Source: Oikopleura dioica (taxonomy: Eukaryota > Animalia > Chordata). From it: a stretch of DNA of 64,000 nucleotides. Positions 1 to 13,339 of the stretch are shown one piece after another. A model generated the notes under the pieces. The model had not been told where the DNA came from and searched no databases. It saw only the letters and a program-made list of their open reading frames with translations. The stretch lies in contig OU015567.1 of NCBI GenBank assembly GCA_907165135.1, forward strand, positions 310,001-374,000, read 5' to 3'. Both the position numbers and the translations under genes were made by a program. Positions within the stretch are counted from its first letter, which is position 1; every line of letters starts with the position of its first letter.

Positions 1-277
1 TTGAAGTCTTTGATTTAACAACTTACGGGTTGAAAAAGACGGAAACCGCAAAATGAAAATTTGCTTGCAACAGAAGCTCCCTAAGACGGCTTCACCTGCT
101 GCTTCTAGAATTGGACTAATTCAGAACTGACTTGGTCGAATAAACAGATTTGGGCGTTGCTTGAACGCGGATTTTAGTCATTCTTGGGGGTATATTTCTG
201 ATTTTATGACTTTTATCGTTTCCTTTTACGACAATGCTAGATAGCTTGATGCGACTAGCAATAATTTTTCAAGTAAA

Positions 278-1150
278 ATGAGCACGAGCGATTCAAATTC
301 ATCAGAGAGCACCCTAGGAGACTATCGAAATGAGCTATTGGAACATCCCCTTCAGCAGCATTTACCTGGAGAAGGTATCGAAAAACTTCATTTTGAATAC
401 TTTTTCAATCACAAGATGCAGCGGCTAATAAAAGATTTTTAAGACGAATCACCAGTATCTCAAAGTTCACCTCGCGAAAATCGAAGTGATGTCGCCTCCT
501 TACTCCTTCACTCTGTCTCAGTCATACATCAACTTGCCGACGATGTTGCTGCCATTAGGGCTGAAATGAAAAAAATGAAAGAAGAAAAGAAATATACCCT
601 GACCGAAATGGAGAAAAGTCTACTTGCTGAGAAATATATGCTCCAGAAAATCGACACATTTGATACAAGGGAAGCAAGCTTAAGAGAAGATGTCATACTC
701 TTCTTAAAAGCACTATCTGCCGGGAAAAAAATTGTTAATGTAAAAATTAACTATTTCAAAAGTGATTTCGACTCAAGATGGGGCATCCCACCAACCAGAC
801 ATTTCGATAAAAAGAGGTCGGTCTTTCCATTACAGATCGTTGTTAATGAGTGGGGTGTACTTTTTGAAATGGAAAATGACTGGGATAGTGATTGGAGTCA
901 TTCTGGTAGGTTTAGATGCTCAATGACATTGACTATTCCAGACGAACGGGAATTGACAGTTTTTGCAATGCATAATTCTCCTGAAAATGATTCTTCTGAA
1001 ATGATTATTGAAGAATATCTCGTATATCGTAAACCATATAAACTCAAGTTTGAGCTTTTCTGTTACGGTGGGGTTACACTTATTCCAAAAATTGTTGGTG
1101 TCGTTTCCATTCCTTCTGTAACTTGGACAGTAATAAATGATCTTGACTGA
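278..1150 (+). CDS. Protein of unknown function (probably 2 or more exons; main ORF 566-1150)
   Basis: 194-aa ORF extends upstream in frame (SSPRENRSDVASLLLH...). An ATG at 278 opens a short exon ending at a GT donor. No recognisable domain. Confidence 0.45.
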
Positions 1151-2233
1151 GTGACAGCTACACCATTGTTTCGTAATGCAAAGGTTAGAACTGCTTTCAA
1201 GCTAGCTAGAAACAAACACGATTAGTTTCTGTGCGAGTCTTCTAAATCTGATCTCGAAAATGAAATTGTCTCAAAGGTGTCGGACAAGGCGACATTTGAC
1301 GCATTTAGAAGGAGCTGACCCAAATGGAATTTATAAATGCGGTCTCATCTGAAGCTAAAATCCTTTCTTGGATAGGCATTCTTATATCCAAATCCAAAGA
1401 ACGCAGTTTGAAGCATTTGACGTCAGATATTTTTTTTTATTTTTTAAAATTTTTCATTGATTCTTGAATTATTCTTTGATCTATAAAAGAATATCCAAAA
1501 ATTATTTTGCATATTTTTCGTTCAGTTTTGACCCGATCAAAACAATGGTCCCATATCAATTCAAATTCAGATTTCATGCAGGGACCTTTGATTCAAAACC
1601 GCAAACAAGAATCTCTATCAATGAGGATTTGCATGACTCAGAGCTTTAGAAAATGGTCAAAGTCGAACAACTCGAACTTGCGCTCTGAAACCTGATCTCG
1701 GAATACAGGATTCCGACTCTTGTGTAGAAAACCTGAGTCAGGATCCTGAGAAAGCTTCGATAAGCGGCTTTGGAAGAAATTTGAATTAGCAATTTTAGGA
1801 TCTTTACTGAATTTTCGGCTCGGCAACCTGCGAAAAAAACCTGACTCAGGGTCTGATTGAACCTGTTTTTGATGATCATCATTTTTTGTTCAAACTTTGA
1901 TTAAACAATAATACATATTTTGCATAGAAATTTGTCGAGAAGAAAAATGGTCGATTGCGATTTTTAATGAGCTTTGATTTAATTGTCGATCCACGCTGGC
2001 GCTATTTTCATAAGATCTCATGATCGCGCGTTCCACGTGCACTCGCGCGCCACCTCTTCCGCTCAACCTGGCGAATCCAAATGAACATGTTACGCTCCTA
2101 ACCGGTATTTCCTAGAAACAATCCGACTTTTTGAAACGCTCAAAAATAGCTGTCAAAAGAAAGAGAAATCGAAAATAAAAAAAACACGAGTCGTTGTTGA
2201 TTTCAGTCGCTCAAAATCGAATTGCAGAGCAGA

Positions 2234-4981
2234 ATGTGCATTACAGAAGTTTTTCGACCGTTTGAGATTGAAGATGAAAAAAGAACAAGCGAAAGTGAAG
2301 ATTCTGGGGTCAATTCTTCTTCAGGTAAAAATTCTGAAAAAAAAATTTTTTTTTTGAAAATCGGAAAAATGACGATTTCTTGTCGAAAATTTTTAATGTT
2401 GGTATTTTTTTTAGAAAATATAATTTTTCGTTGTTCTTTTATAAAAATGAAATTTTGCCAAATTTCTGAAAAGAAAGAAGAAAATCAAATTCGGTCATAT
2501 TAATCGGCTTGTGTGGCTCAACTGTGGAGATCTAAACTGTGGTCATTCAACGTCGTTTACGCGGTTTTACAGATTCCGCGCTTGAATAATTTTCCTATTC
2601 AAAGTTGCCAGCGTTTAATTTGACCGTGACCTTTTTTTTAATTTATCCCCGTTATAATCAAAAATGAGAAAAATACAATTTATAAAAAAAAACAATTATT
2701 TTTAATTTCTCCATCATTTCAATTCAGAAGACAAGTCGATCCCTTCACCGACCTTTTTCATCCCCAGCTCTTCTTCAAGCAACACAGACGAAGAAATCGA
2801 AGAAGAAATCGTCAGTTCCGCGCCGATCCGAAATTCTAGCGTCTGGCGGCCGCCCGTCGAGGAGTTCAACTCTTCTCCATCCATTCTTGGTTCCAAACAA
2901 CCCATTTTTCGGAGACGGGAAAATTTACATTTGAATTCAGAAAATAGTGAAAACGAAGCAAAACTCCGCGTGGCCTACAATTCCCACTTCCACAATAATC
3001 ATCGCGCTTCTTCCTTATTTTCCGATATTCTTTCCCAGCGGCTTTTTCACCAGGTATTGTCAAAAGAAAAAAGTTTTAATCAAGCAAATTTTTAGAATCA
3101 GATCATTCATCAGAACTTCCTGGCCAGAGCAAATATGGGCTACTCTTCGCACCCTCATTTTTCCATGATTTCTTCAGCGGCATCAAGCAGAAGTATCAAA
3201 AAAGAAAAGGTACATTTATAAAAATAAGGACCTCCCCCCTCCCACAGCCAAAAAAACGAAGCCTGCGGGGGTGGGGGGGGGTTGATTTCTTTAGGCCCCA
3301 AGGCTTGGGCATCAGTGTCCTTTATTTGATGAGAGAAGTTGATATTGACTGATTTCTTATCATAAATTGTGGCGAAAAAAGGTTTTAAAAAGATTCACGT
3401 AATAAAAATGGGATCTGTCCAGAAATGTGTTTAGAACTTTCCAAAGAGACCCTAATGAAGTAATTCGGTTTTGGGCAAAAGGTCGCCGCGTGCAACGGGC
3501 GCCGCGAAAATGTCACGCTGCCCCACCGCCGCCGCCCTAGCCAAAAAAAAAGTGATACTTAACAACTTCATTCTCTCGCATTAAATAATGCATATGAAGA
3601 TTTTTTATCATGGCAAAGGTCCAAGAAATCAAAAAAAAATAAATTTTCGATGGTTTAATTAGTGACACTAAAGAACCATTATCTTGAAAAAAAACACTTA
3701 CTTGACCCCAGATGACCCCAAGTGACCCCAAGTTGACCTCTACTGATCTTATATATATTTACAGTTAAAACTTAACCGTTACTGTATTTTGATCACTGTA
3801 GAATGTATTTTGACCGGATTTCTGGCTTTGACCCCAACTTTGCAACACCTCCACCACTTTCAAGACCCCCGGGACATATTTTTCTGCATTCCAAAATGAT
3901 TGTCAGACCCTTCGCTACAATCTGGTATACACAATCTCGTCTTAGAACCCTTGTACGCCCTCAAAAAATAAATCGCAACGGTACTACCGGAATTTCTTAG
4001 ATTTTTGGACTTCTGGGGTCCCTAAATGCCCTTGGGGAACCAAATGACCCCACACTATTTATAGTTAAAATGATCCCCAGGTTCTGGAGATTTAAAAACT
4101 GTATTATGTTCCCCCTCTAATTGTTTGTTACATTATTTTCAGGTTTACGACTGCCACATTTGCCACAAGCAATTCAAGCGCTCCTCCACCCTGTCAACAC
4201 ATTTGCTGATCCACAGCGACACTCGACCTTATCCGTGTCCGTTTTGCGGCAAACGCTTCCACCAAAAATCCGACATGAAGAAACACACTTATGTTCACAC
4301 AGGTTACCATCTACATTTCTAAAAATCAAATATTCCCGGCCCTGTTTTATCGACTAAAAGGATTATGACAAAATGATGATTCTAATCCAATGAAGATTAG
4401 GCTCCATCCAGCCGAGCTTTGAGCACCTAGAAATATAAACACTCTTTCAGGGGAAAAACCGCATTCTTGCAGAATCTGTGGAAAGAACTTCAGCCAGTCG
4501 AGCAATTTAATAACGCATATGAGGAAACATCAAGGTAAAGACACGATAGAAAAACGCTCGCAGTTAATAAAAATTTTTTAGTCAGAAATTTAGGGGTAGG
4601 GTAAAAAAATAAAGTCAAAAAATAATGAGCCCTAACCCTAACCCTAAAAAGAGGGGACTTGTCAGGAATCGACAAAATATCGACAGATTTTGCGTGGAAA
4701 TTTTCAACCAATCAGAAGCCTGGATTCGGCTAGCCGGCCAATCAGCGGCCAATTGGCCGCCTACGCAAAATCTGTCGAATTTTTTTGTCGGTTACTGACG
4801 CCAACCCTTAAAAGTCACCAGAAAGTGAACAATCATTGAAAAAAAAACAGATTTTGAATAAATTTTTGAGAAAATATTTTCAGGTGTGAAGCCATTTGCA
4901 TGCGGATCATGTGGCGAAACTTTTCAGCGAAAAATCGACCTGCGAAAACACGAAGATGCCGTTCACATGAAAGAATCCTAA
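2234..4981 (+). CDS. Gfi1: Gfi1/Senseless-family C2H2 zinc-finger transcription factor, multi-exon
   Basis: Three exons (~4144-4303, ~4452-4534, ~4884-4981) give [103 protein letters not shown], matching Gfi1 fingers 3-6. Upstream Ser-rich exons (including a WRPP motif near 2840) are less certain, and one exon phase is unresolved. Confidence 0.85.
4589..4648. repeat. Small inverted repeat with TTAGGG/CCCTAA-like arms, intronic
   Basis: tttaggggtagggt ... ccctaaccctaaccctaaa. Similar gggttaagggtaagggg motifs occur near 24040-24110 and 44330. Confidence 0.5.
4661..4799. mobile_element. MITE, family 1, copy 1
   Basis: Imperfect TIRs gtcaggaatcgacaaaa ... ttttttgtcggttactgac. A homologous copy lies at 9555-9674. 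Confidence 0.65.
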
Positions 4982-5135
4982 ATCCATCCCCTCGCCGGCC
5001 TTAAAAATGCTCAATGCTTTATGTTCCTGTTTTTGAAATCAAGGAAGAAAAAAATCGAACATAAAAGTTGAAAAACAAACAATTCGCTTCATTCACTGCT
5101 TCTTTTTTCTGTAAATTTCAATAAAAAAAAGTATT

Positions 5136-5640
5136 TTATTCGTTTTTGGAAAGAAGTGGAGTAACGACGCCAGAAGTACTTCCAGGATGACCAGCGCTAG
5201 AAGAGCTCGGGAGACGATGGACCGTGGAAGTTCTAGATCTTCGTGGAGGAATGACCCCTTCGTGTTCAAGCTCTATTCTTCGCAGTTCTCGCTTGATTTC
5301 TGCTTTTCGCTGGATGATTTTTTTCTCGTAGCCGTCGAATTTCATCCACCAGATCATGACAGCCCCGACTAAGCGGAAAGTTGAAATTTTAACTTTTAAA
5401 GGAAAATGGTTAAATTCCAAATGCGCTGAAAACTTACCAACAAGAATGAACCACAAACCAACTCCGGCAGCAAAGAAGACTTGCCAGTCCTAATCAAAGC
5501 TTTAAAATTTTACTGATAAGAAAATTGAAAATTTAGATTTTTCGCGAAGGCTGCTTGCTTTTTCTCTTTTTCTAAGCTCCGTTCCTGGTAGTAAGAACTG
5601 AAAGTATGGCTTTTCTCAAAGTATCTCATTTTCCTTCAAT
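5136..5640 (-). CDS. Small single-pass membrane protein of unknown function, multi-exon
   Basis: Exons give DWQVFFAAGVGLWFILV-(GTAAG intron)-GAVMIWWMKFDGYEKKIIQRKAEIKRELRRIE..., a hydrophobic segment followed by a basic coiled-coil tail. Confidence 0.45.
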
Positions 5641-5979
5641 TTCGTCAAATGTTTGAAGGTCAGCCTCAATGGTATAAATAAATCTGAGGGCAATGGGCGG
5701 CTTTTGTCCGTGACGAAATCGTAAAATTGGTCAAGATGTATTTTTTATTGATCAGAACCGCCTAAAAATGGAAGACAAGGAAATGCTGAAAGATAATTTG
5801 CCCGGCAGCAATTATTTACTCTAATGCAGAAAAACTCTGAAAATAATTAAGAAAGATAACTTAAATGTTTTAAGTTAAAACTGTCTTTTTTTTTAAAGAT
5901 AAGTAATGTTTTCTTTTATTTAGAGTAAATCATATGAGTAAAAGCTCATGTATATATCTGACTGGCGAAGCTTCAGGTC

Positions 5980-7434
5980 ATGAAAATAGCTCCAAACATT
6001 GAAATGCGTGAACTCGCTCCAGAAAGAAAATCCATCATGGATTACCCAAAATGTCGAAAAAGAGAACTTTGACCTTCTCCTTTTCTCTCAATTATTATAC
6101 TTGGCTTTACTTGTCAACCAAGAAAACACTTCTGACTTTCAGAGAATGGTTGTTGACGAGGAAACTAATATAAATTTTGGGCAAATAAGCCGTATAAAAA
6201 TACAGGTATTTGAGTAATACGAAAATTAAGTATTAGCAATAAAAAAGTGTATGGATTGCAAATGCGTTGGAACCTTGCGAAAAACTGGTGACAAAGTCAT
6301 TCTTTTGACCGAAGAAGTTCTCTCTTCCCGCAGTATCCACACGCAAAAGGCAGATCTAAAGAACAAACATTTCAAAAAGAAGATAAATGGAAAAATTAGC
6401 CTTGCTCAGCATGGATTCGCAACGAATAAGCAAATGACAAGTTACTTGACGCTTGGTTCTCTTTTTTGGATAACGATCATGATAATAGGTACCGCTTTTA
6501 CAATAGCTTGCTAAAGTTAATGACTTCCGCAGCGAATTTAATTTCCTTGGAGAAATCCCGAGGAGAAACTACTTTCCTTACATCGACTTGTCATCGAAAC
6601 TACAAACAATGCGTTCAAGTAGAATCCATGGACATATGCGGCCATCTGATGAAGCAATGCCATTTCACTCAAGAGTTCATCCTTCCAAAGCCGGTGGCGG
6701 TGCTGAAACCGACAGAAAAAGACGATTTGCAATTCTCCAAAGAAGAAAACATGGTGAACCTGCGCCGCTGCAAAAAGAAAAAGTTTTACGACCAAAAAGT
6801 GTGCCGCCATCTCTGCGCAAATACGCTGATTTTGAAATCAACGAGGACCCATCCCATCACGCCTTGTGAATCCATTTGTTTTGAGCTGACCCGATCTTCA
6901 GAGTCTGCTTGAGACGTTTGTCCAACGGAAAAATATTGTAGACTGGGATGCCCTTGTCCTTTTTATCAGTGCGAAAAAACTTCGAACGACCAGAAATTCG
7001 TCCCTTTCTTTGATTTGAAAATTGATGATTATAGTCGTAAAAAATTCAAAGGAAGAAAAAGTAGAATCAAAAAGAATGCTCTTGTCTTATTTGACCAATC
7101 ACGTGTTAAAAAGAGACAAATAATGCTGAAGCCAGAAACTCCTTTCACACACTATGAATGTTTATCATACAAAAAATTTCTAACTTTAGGGGGTCCCTTT
7201 GTATTTATAAACGAAAAAAAGGCGATCGGGGCTACTTTTCTTAATGGACAACATTATTTGGTCGATCAAGGAGGGAATCTGATGCGAGTTGGAGAAAACG
7301 GAACCGCCTCTCTTTTCATTGAAAATCGTTATTTTGACAGGTTATTTTTCAAACGAATTAAAAAGTGGTTAAATATTCAAGAACGGGTATTTTTGCTTTT
7401 CATTTCGGCTCGTCTATTGGAACTCATACAATAA
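5980..7434 (+). CDS. Cys-rich protein with CPxxxYCxxGCPCxxYxC motif; in-frame TGA at 6910-6912
   Basis: ORFs 6466-6912 and 7015-7434 share one frame separated only by a single TGA. The read-through gives DVCPTEKYCRLGCPCPFYQCEK. The 5' exons are uncertain. Confidence 0.45.
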
Positions 7435-8329
7435 CGATAAGAAATGAGGAGAAAAACACGACGGATTTTCCGGTCATTGTGATCTGAAAACGGTCGAAAG
7501 AATGAAATATGGTCCATAATTGACTCCATTATTATATAAAATGATGAATAAAAATTTTGACCGCGTAAAGCTCCCCCAAAAGCAGGCCAGATAAGTGCTT
7601 CTATTACGCACCAGATTATAATTTAAATAGATTCGAAACTGCTCAAGGTTTGTTTAAAAAACCGAATTGACTTACCCGCATTTTATTTTTAAGGGTATAT
7701 CGCTAGCAACCACTTGAATGGCAAAGTTTCTTCCATCAGCTTCGGTGGAAATTTTTTCTTGATGAGCATGACACTTGGTCATAATTTGATTACGCTCTCA
7801 AAGACAGTCGCCTTGAACCAAATAAGACAAAGTGAGGAGTTACAAAAAGGATGGCGGAAAGACAAAATCGCTCTGCCAGCAATGTTCAGGGACTTTGACC
7901 CGGTTCATGTGATTCCTTTGGAATGGGTTCGCTTTTATTTTTTGATACTTCGACTTCTAGAATTTCGAACCTGAGCTAGATCGACCTAGGTCAACTTATG
8001 CTTGTTCTTGTTACAAGAAGTATAACACTCTCAAACATGCAATACTCACTTATGCTAGAAAAAGAAGGGAAGTTCCTTGCTCTTGCAAGTGAGTGGATCG
8101 GTTCGCTGGTCAAGTACGACCAACCTTCGCGCTGCTTCTCTGGCTTATATGCACCGAATGATTTCGCCTACTCGAATAGTTTTGGAACCAACAACGACGA
8201 GTGCGAGTACTTCATCAATGCATTTTTGAACAATGATCGGATTTACCTTCAAAATGTTGTTTTTGACGCCTCCTTTGAAATTTATTTCGATTTCGGAAGG
8301 GATCATTGCTATGTATTATAGTAGAAAAT

Positions 8330-10335
8330 ATGTGAATCTACAATTACAACCTTTGATACCCAGAAAAGATCGAATCGAGCTTAATTTCCGGCAGCTAAAA
8401 GCCAATAATAAAATGCACGTGACAAGCAACCCATTTTTCGCTTTTCATGACGATGTCTTTCCTTACTTCGCGAAAAACGCCATTGGTGAAATTTCTGAAT
8501 TTCCGCAATCAGCCAGTAGTCTTTCTCCCCCGTATCCTTTGGTTATTATTCCGAATTCACCGTTTCGATCGTTTCAAGAGTCATTACACCACATTTCTAC
8601 GTTCGAACTCGACTTTGATAAAACGCGAAAACTCAATCTTGAAATAAAGGAAAGACTGTAAAAAAGTTTTTTTAACCCGTTGCCGATTGCGAAGTGTATA
8701 AAGCTACGCCAATAGTAAGGCTGGATTTCGAGCCTCGGGGCAGGTTGAAGCATCCGGTATGATAGGCGCTCGGCAACGGGTTAAGAATCATCGATACCAT
8801 TTGAGAAATCATCTTATAAGTCCTGATAAGAAAAAATCTCTCAATCAATTGGACTCAACTAGAATTATCGAGTTTCGATCATTTTCGGAGAAATCAATCT
8901 TTGAATTGGAGATTTCCAAAAATTATCAAATCCGAGTAACATCTGATTTTTTCGAAGAAAGTATTGTCTCAAAAGATACTTTGGACGTCGATTGGACATT
9001 GATAACAGTCATCTTCCAGGTTCAAAAGGACTTATCTCTTCTCTTTATTGTGACAAGAAAAGGCAAGGAAATCGCACGGAGAGAATTAAATGATCTTCGA
9101 AAATTGGAGGACAAAAGAATAAGAGTTTTCAAATTCGACGACAAAACCGAAATCAAGAATATCTTTTTCTTCGAAAAACGACCAAGCCAGATTCTCGTCA
9201 TTTTACATCACCAATTCGAGTCTCCTAAGTCCTACGCGCTGTTTGGGGATGGTTCTAGAAACAACAATGCAAAAATAATTTCCAAACGATCTACGAAAAA
9301 CTCTGTATTTATCGAAAGATGCAGTGGTGAAGGGTCGATTGCATCTTTTCGGTGGATGGAGTGATCCATCATTGGTAAGTTAAAATTCAGTAAATCTCTC
9401 TTTTTTATTATCTCTTATTCTTTCAAGATACGGAGAATCGATGATTGCAAGCTGACTCGACTTCAAAATCGACTCGAGGGACTTTATAGATGGGGCAGTA
9501 GTGCATTGTCGATAACAGAGGGAACCGAAGGTAACGTCCTATATTTAGGGAGGTGTCTGGAAGCGACAAAAAAATTTTCAACCAATCAGAAACCTGAATT
9601 CAGCAAACCGCCAAATCAGCAGTCGAGTAGCCGCCCACGCAAAATTTGTCGAAATTTTTTTGTCGGTTCCAGACACCATCCGGGATGGTCCATCCCTTAT
9701 ATTTTCATCCATGATCTCATTTTTAGCTCTCATTTGCTTTGATTCGGCAGATCAAGACTTGTGCGAAGTGTTTGACGGAAAAAATGTTCGCTACCTCTCT
9801 TTCCAACCAATAATTGAGCACTATGATGGCGCGATGAATTTCTACAAAGGTCAGCCAACAGTGATTGGCGGTGGAAATTATCCATATACGAACATGGGAA
9901 ATACTGAAACACTAACGAAAAATGGCTGGGAGCAACTTACGTCACATCCAAGGCAATTTTTTTAAAGATCTTTGGATCATTTTTATTTAGATGGATAATG
10001 GACCATTCTGCTATCGGATTGCCATCGGGATCGATTCTCACTATAGGAGGTCATGATGACGAAGATTTAGGATTTATAAGAGAAGTTTGGCGATTAGACG
10101 AGTTCGAAGACTGGACAAAAATAGGAGACTTGAAAGAGGTACAAAATTTTGTCTTAAAAAAATTTATTCTGTAAGGTTTTTTACGCTGGATCGACGATTT
10201 TGGTGGATAATGTCATTTATATGTTTCCAGGGGATACTGAAGCCGCATCTTTTGGTTTACAACGCATTGAACTAGGAAAAGTTGTTAAATAAAGAAATGA
10301 TGATGGTTTTTTCGCTAAAAATGAAATTCTCAACT
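8330..10335 (+). CDS. Kelch/beta-propeller-like protein, multi-exon
   Basis: Exons encode CEVFDGKNV, YKGQPTVIGG, TETLTKNGWEQLTSHP, ILTIGG and EVWRLDEFEDWTKIGDL. These are GG/W kelch-like blade signatures. Boundaries are approximate. Confidence 0.5.
8676..8780. mobile_element. piggyBac-like MITE (105 bp)
   Basis: TTAA|CCCGTTGCCGA ... TCGGCAACGGG|TTAA: a perfect 11-bp TIR beginning CCC, flanked by a TTAA target duplication. Confidence 0.8.
9555..9674. mobile_element. MITE, family 1, copy 2 (intronic)
   Basis: TIRs gtctggaagcgacaaaaaa ... ttttttgtcggttccagac. The internal sequence aligns with 4661-4799. Confidence 0.65.
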
Positions 10336-10442
10336 GATCAATAAGATGGTGATGATATGAAGGACGTGGAGCGTATTGGCTATCATAATAAAAAATACTA
10401 CAAACCAAATCTCTTCGTGACGCATATAAATCACTGTCATCT

Positions 10443-10522
10443 GTGATTTTTTGAGAATAAAAATGGCTAAATCAGTCAAAAATACCTATTTTTATTTTTG
10501 CAAGAAATCGGAAGCAGTTGAA
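10443..10522 (+). repeat. ~80-bp dispersed repeat, copy 1
   Basis: ggctaaatcagtcaaaaatacc...tttttgcaagaaatcggaagcagttgaa, near-identical to 15782-15864. Confidence 0.7.
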
Positions 10523-12739
10523 AAGAGTAGAGTGTCGTATTGATTTCATTTCAATTGTTTAAAAAAGCTGCAAGATATGAATTATTAACTTGATGTGTCA
10601 AAACGAAATTCTTTTTCCTGCCACGTATTTGGGTGTAGTTATCATTTTAAAAATAGAAGAAGCAAAACAGAAAAAGGGAGCGTCAGTTTAATTTTCAAAT
10701 AGTTCTGCCAGGATTCCGCATTTCAATCTGCCGAATTCGCTTGAGCGCCAAAATATCGGCTATTGAGATTCTCTGGCTATTGAGATTCTTGCGGCCATTC
10801 AACGGGAAAGGCATCGACCCTCTCGTCTCTGACAGCTCGACGGAGCTCTGGATGTTCAATTTTCTCCGGATCTTGGTTTAGCGGATCGTCCTGCAAAAAA
10901 TCTGCGAAGAGCTGTTTTCGGGATCGCTGCGAGTTTTCAGTTCAAATATTTAAATTTAAGGATATAGCTAGGGCCCGGCCGCAAAAATTAAAATCAGTGA
11001 GCGCACCGATGAAACATCTCTTTTTTGAAGTCCAGATAGACTAGTACCCGCTAAAGACTAATTTTGACTTTAAATTAGACTAGTTTGGCTCTAGAACACT
11101 TAAAGGAGGTAGTCCTTGCTTTTTGCGATCTCGACCCTTTTTGAACAGCGCTCTGTCAAATATCAGCTTGAGTAAGAGGATAAAACCTTTATAGATAGAA
11201 AGGTCAAACCTAGATGAAAGTTTGAATTTTCTTGGAATTTTCTTTCGATATTGAACTTCGAGAAAAGACATGTAAAATTGCTTTATAAGCAAAGATCTCG
11301 TGAAAGACTTTTCGACAGTAAAAGAGTCTCTCTTTTTCTCTTCACAGAGTTTTATTCGAATTTAAAGCTGTCTTTATATGCGTGTCTGAATTTTCATTTG
11401 AAAACATCAAAATTTTATTCTTTGAGATTGAATACTTTGCAAAAAATATTTCGGTCAATGAAACGAGGAGTCTAAATTCAGATCTCGCCAAAATTCAATT
11501 TTGAGCGAATAATTCTTAAATCTGCAGAATTTCAGGGATCACTGTGACTTGGACCGGGCTTTTAAAGGACCAAGTTCATCTCAAATGGCTTTTCTCGGCT
11601 CTTTTTTTACCTTTCATTGCTTCTATTTCTTTAAATTGCCCGTTTTTCCTGAAAGTCAACTTTAACTTGATTCTTTGAGAATTAGCCAAAACCGAATCTG
11701 TTTGTTTGTTATGCCCTCATTATTCTTTTATAGCCAAGTTTTAATTTTATAGATTTTAAATAGCTCGAATCAAAAACTCGAATCCCTTTTGGTTCAAACT
11801 GGAGATAAAGGGGACAACCATACACGGTGTAGGTCAATTTCGAAGAATTCAGAATTGAGTCTTGTATTTTTGCGAGCAATATTTTTTATGGAATGTGGCT
11901 TTAAAAATCTTGAAGAATGAAAATTCCCAGTATTCAAAAGAAAGTAAGGCAAGCATATAAAGACAATTATGAAACGTTTCATTTCTGTGATTAAAAAAGA
12001 AGAAACGAAATTTTGAATACTGGGAGTTTTCACTTTACAGGCAATAAGAAAACGTGCTACAATGAAAATACAAGAGCCCTGCGCCGCCAAGTCCGGTACA
12101 AACTAGGTCTCGTCTGATCAAATCATGTACAGAAAAACTAATCGGAACAACCGCATGAGTTCTCTTCCCGAGAATGCGCTTCCCGATGAAATGACTTCTA
12201 TGGTGGTTTTGAAGGGGTTTCTGATGGAATTTTTCGGCCTTCTTTTAGAAGGATTTTGAGAAATTTCAAGAGAAACACCTTTAAACCAACCGGGAAAAAA
12301 TGGTCAAAAATTTTTGTCGAGTTTTTCCAAAATTCTTGAAAACCCCCTCAGTTTTTGACGGAGGTTCTTTTGAGCTATTGAACGTCCAATGTGAGCCTCT
12401 GATAAAAATTTTTCGTATTCTAACACCACGAACCTTAGTGATTTCAGCAAAAATAAGAAATTCATTAATTCAAGAAAAGTCAATTTTCAAAACTTGATCA
12501 ATTACGAGTATTTCGCAAAATTTCCAAAAAAAACGCTATTATTGCCACAGTTGGCTGTACTCAAAAATAAGTCTGCAAATAGAACTATTTTTCAAGAGCG
12601 CCACCACAAATGATCCCGGGATAAAAAACGAAATCACGAAGTGCTCTTTCTCAGATACATAAGATTATAATTTATAAAGAGAGCTTATATTTTCCGTTAA
12701 TAAGATTATCCTTAAATAATAATCTTAATTAAGACAGTT

Positions 12740-12836
12740 TAAGGACGCCAAGAATCCGGGCATCATTTTCACAATTTATACTTGGGGATGATGTCGTATC
12801 CTGAGGGTATTTAGGGACCTCCATAGTCCGAAAACT
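12740..12836 (-). repeat. Dispersed repeat homologous (inverted) to 4000-4100
   Basis: atcattttcac...ttgggg...gagggtatttagggacc...agtcc aligns with the reverse complement of 4000-4100. Confidence 0.5.
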
Positions 12837-13339
12837 GAGAAATTTCGGAAATTGGAATTTTCGAACAACAGGTGTCCACTTTTAGAGCCAGCGGCTTCCT
12901 TGAATTCTAGCCCGGGCTCTGACGATCATTTTGAGTGATAGAAAAGTACTGATTACCCCCCCCCCATTCCGGAGGCTTCAGAGGCCACTGAAGTTGGTGA
13001 GATCCACCAAAAATAAGTACTTCTCTTAAAAAAGTATATATTTCTTATTAAACGACATCAAAATGATCAATTCGTCCCACGCGGTTAATCGCGCTCCAAA
13101 GGCCAAAAGGCCCTGACACGGCCTCGCGCCTGTTAACGGGTTAAGTCCCTAAAATAACCCCTGTGAATTTTGTTTTTGATTTTGTATTTTTTCGGCTCGG
13201 ACATTCGAAGCAACTCAATCCTTTGGACCATTTGGACCATAGTTAGTGTTTTCGGAAATTTTTATGTTCGGTAAATATTATTAACGGAAAATCTAATCTC
13301 TCGATCAGAAAGTAATATTTGCGATTTAATTTCTAACAA

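Noticed and set aside
3693-3740. Short tgacccca tandem repeats
   Set aside because: Only three or four degenerate units, probably part of an old dispersed repeat, with no functional evidence.
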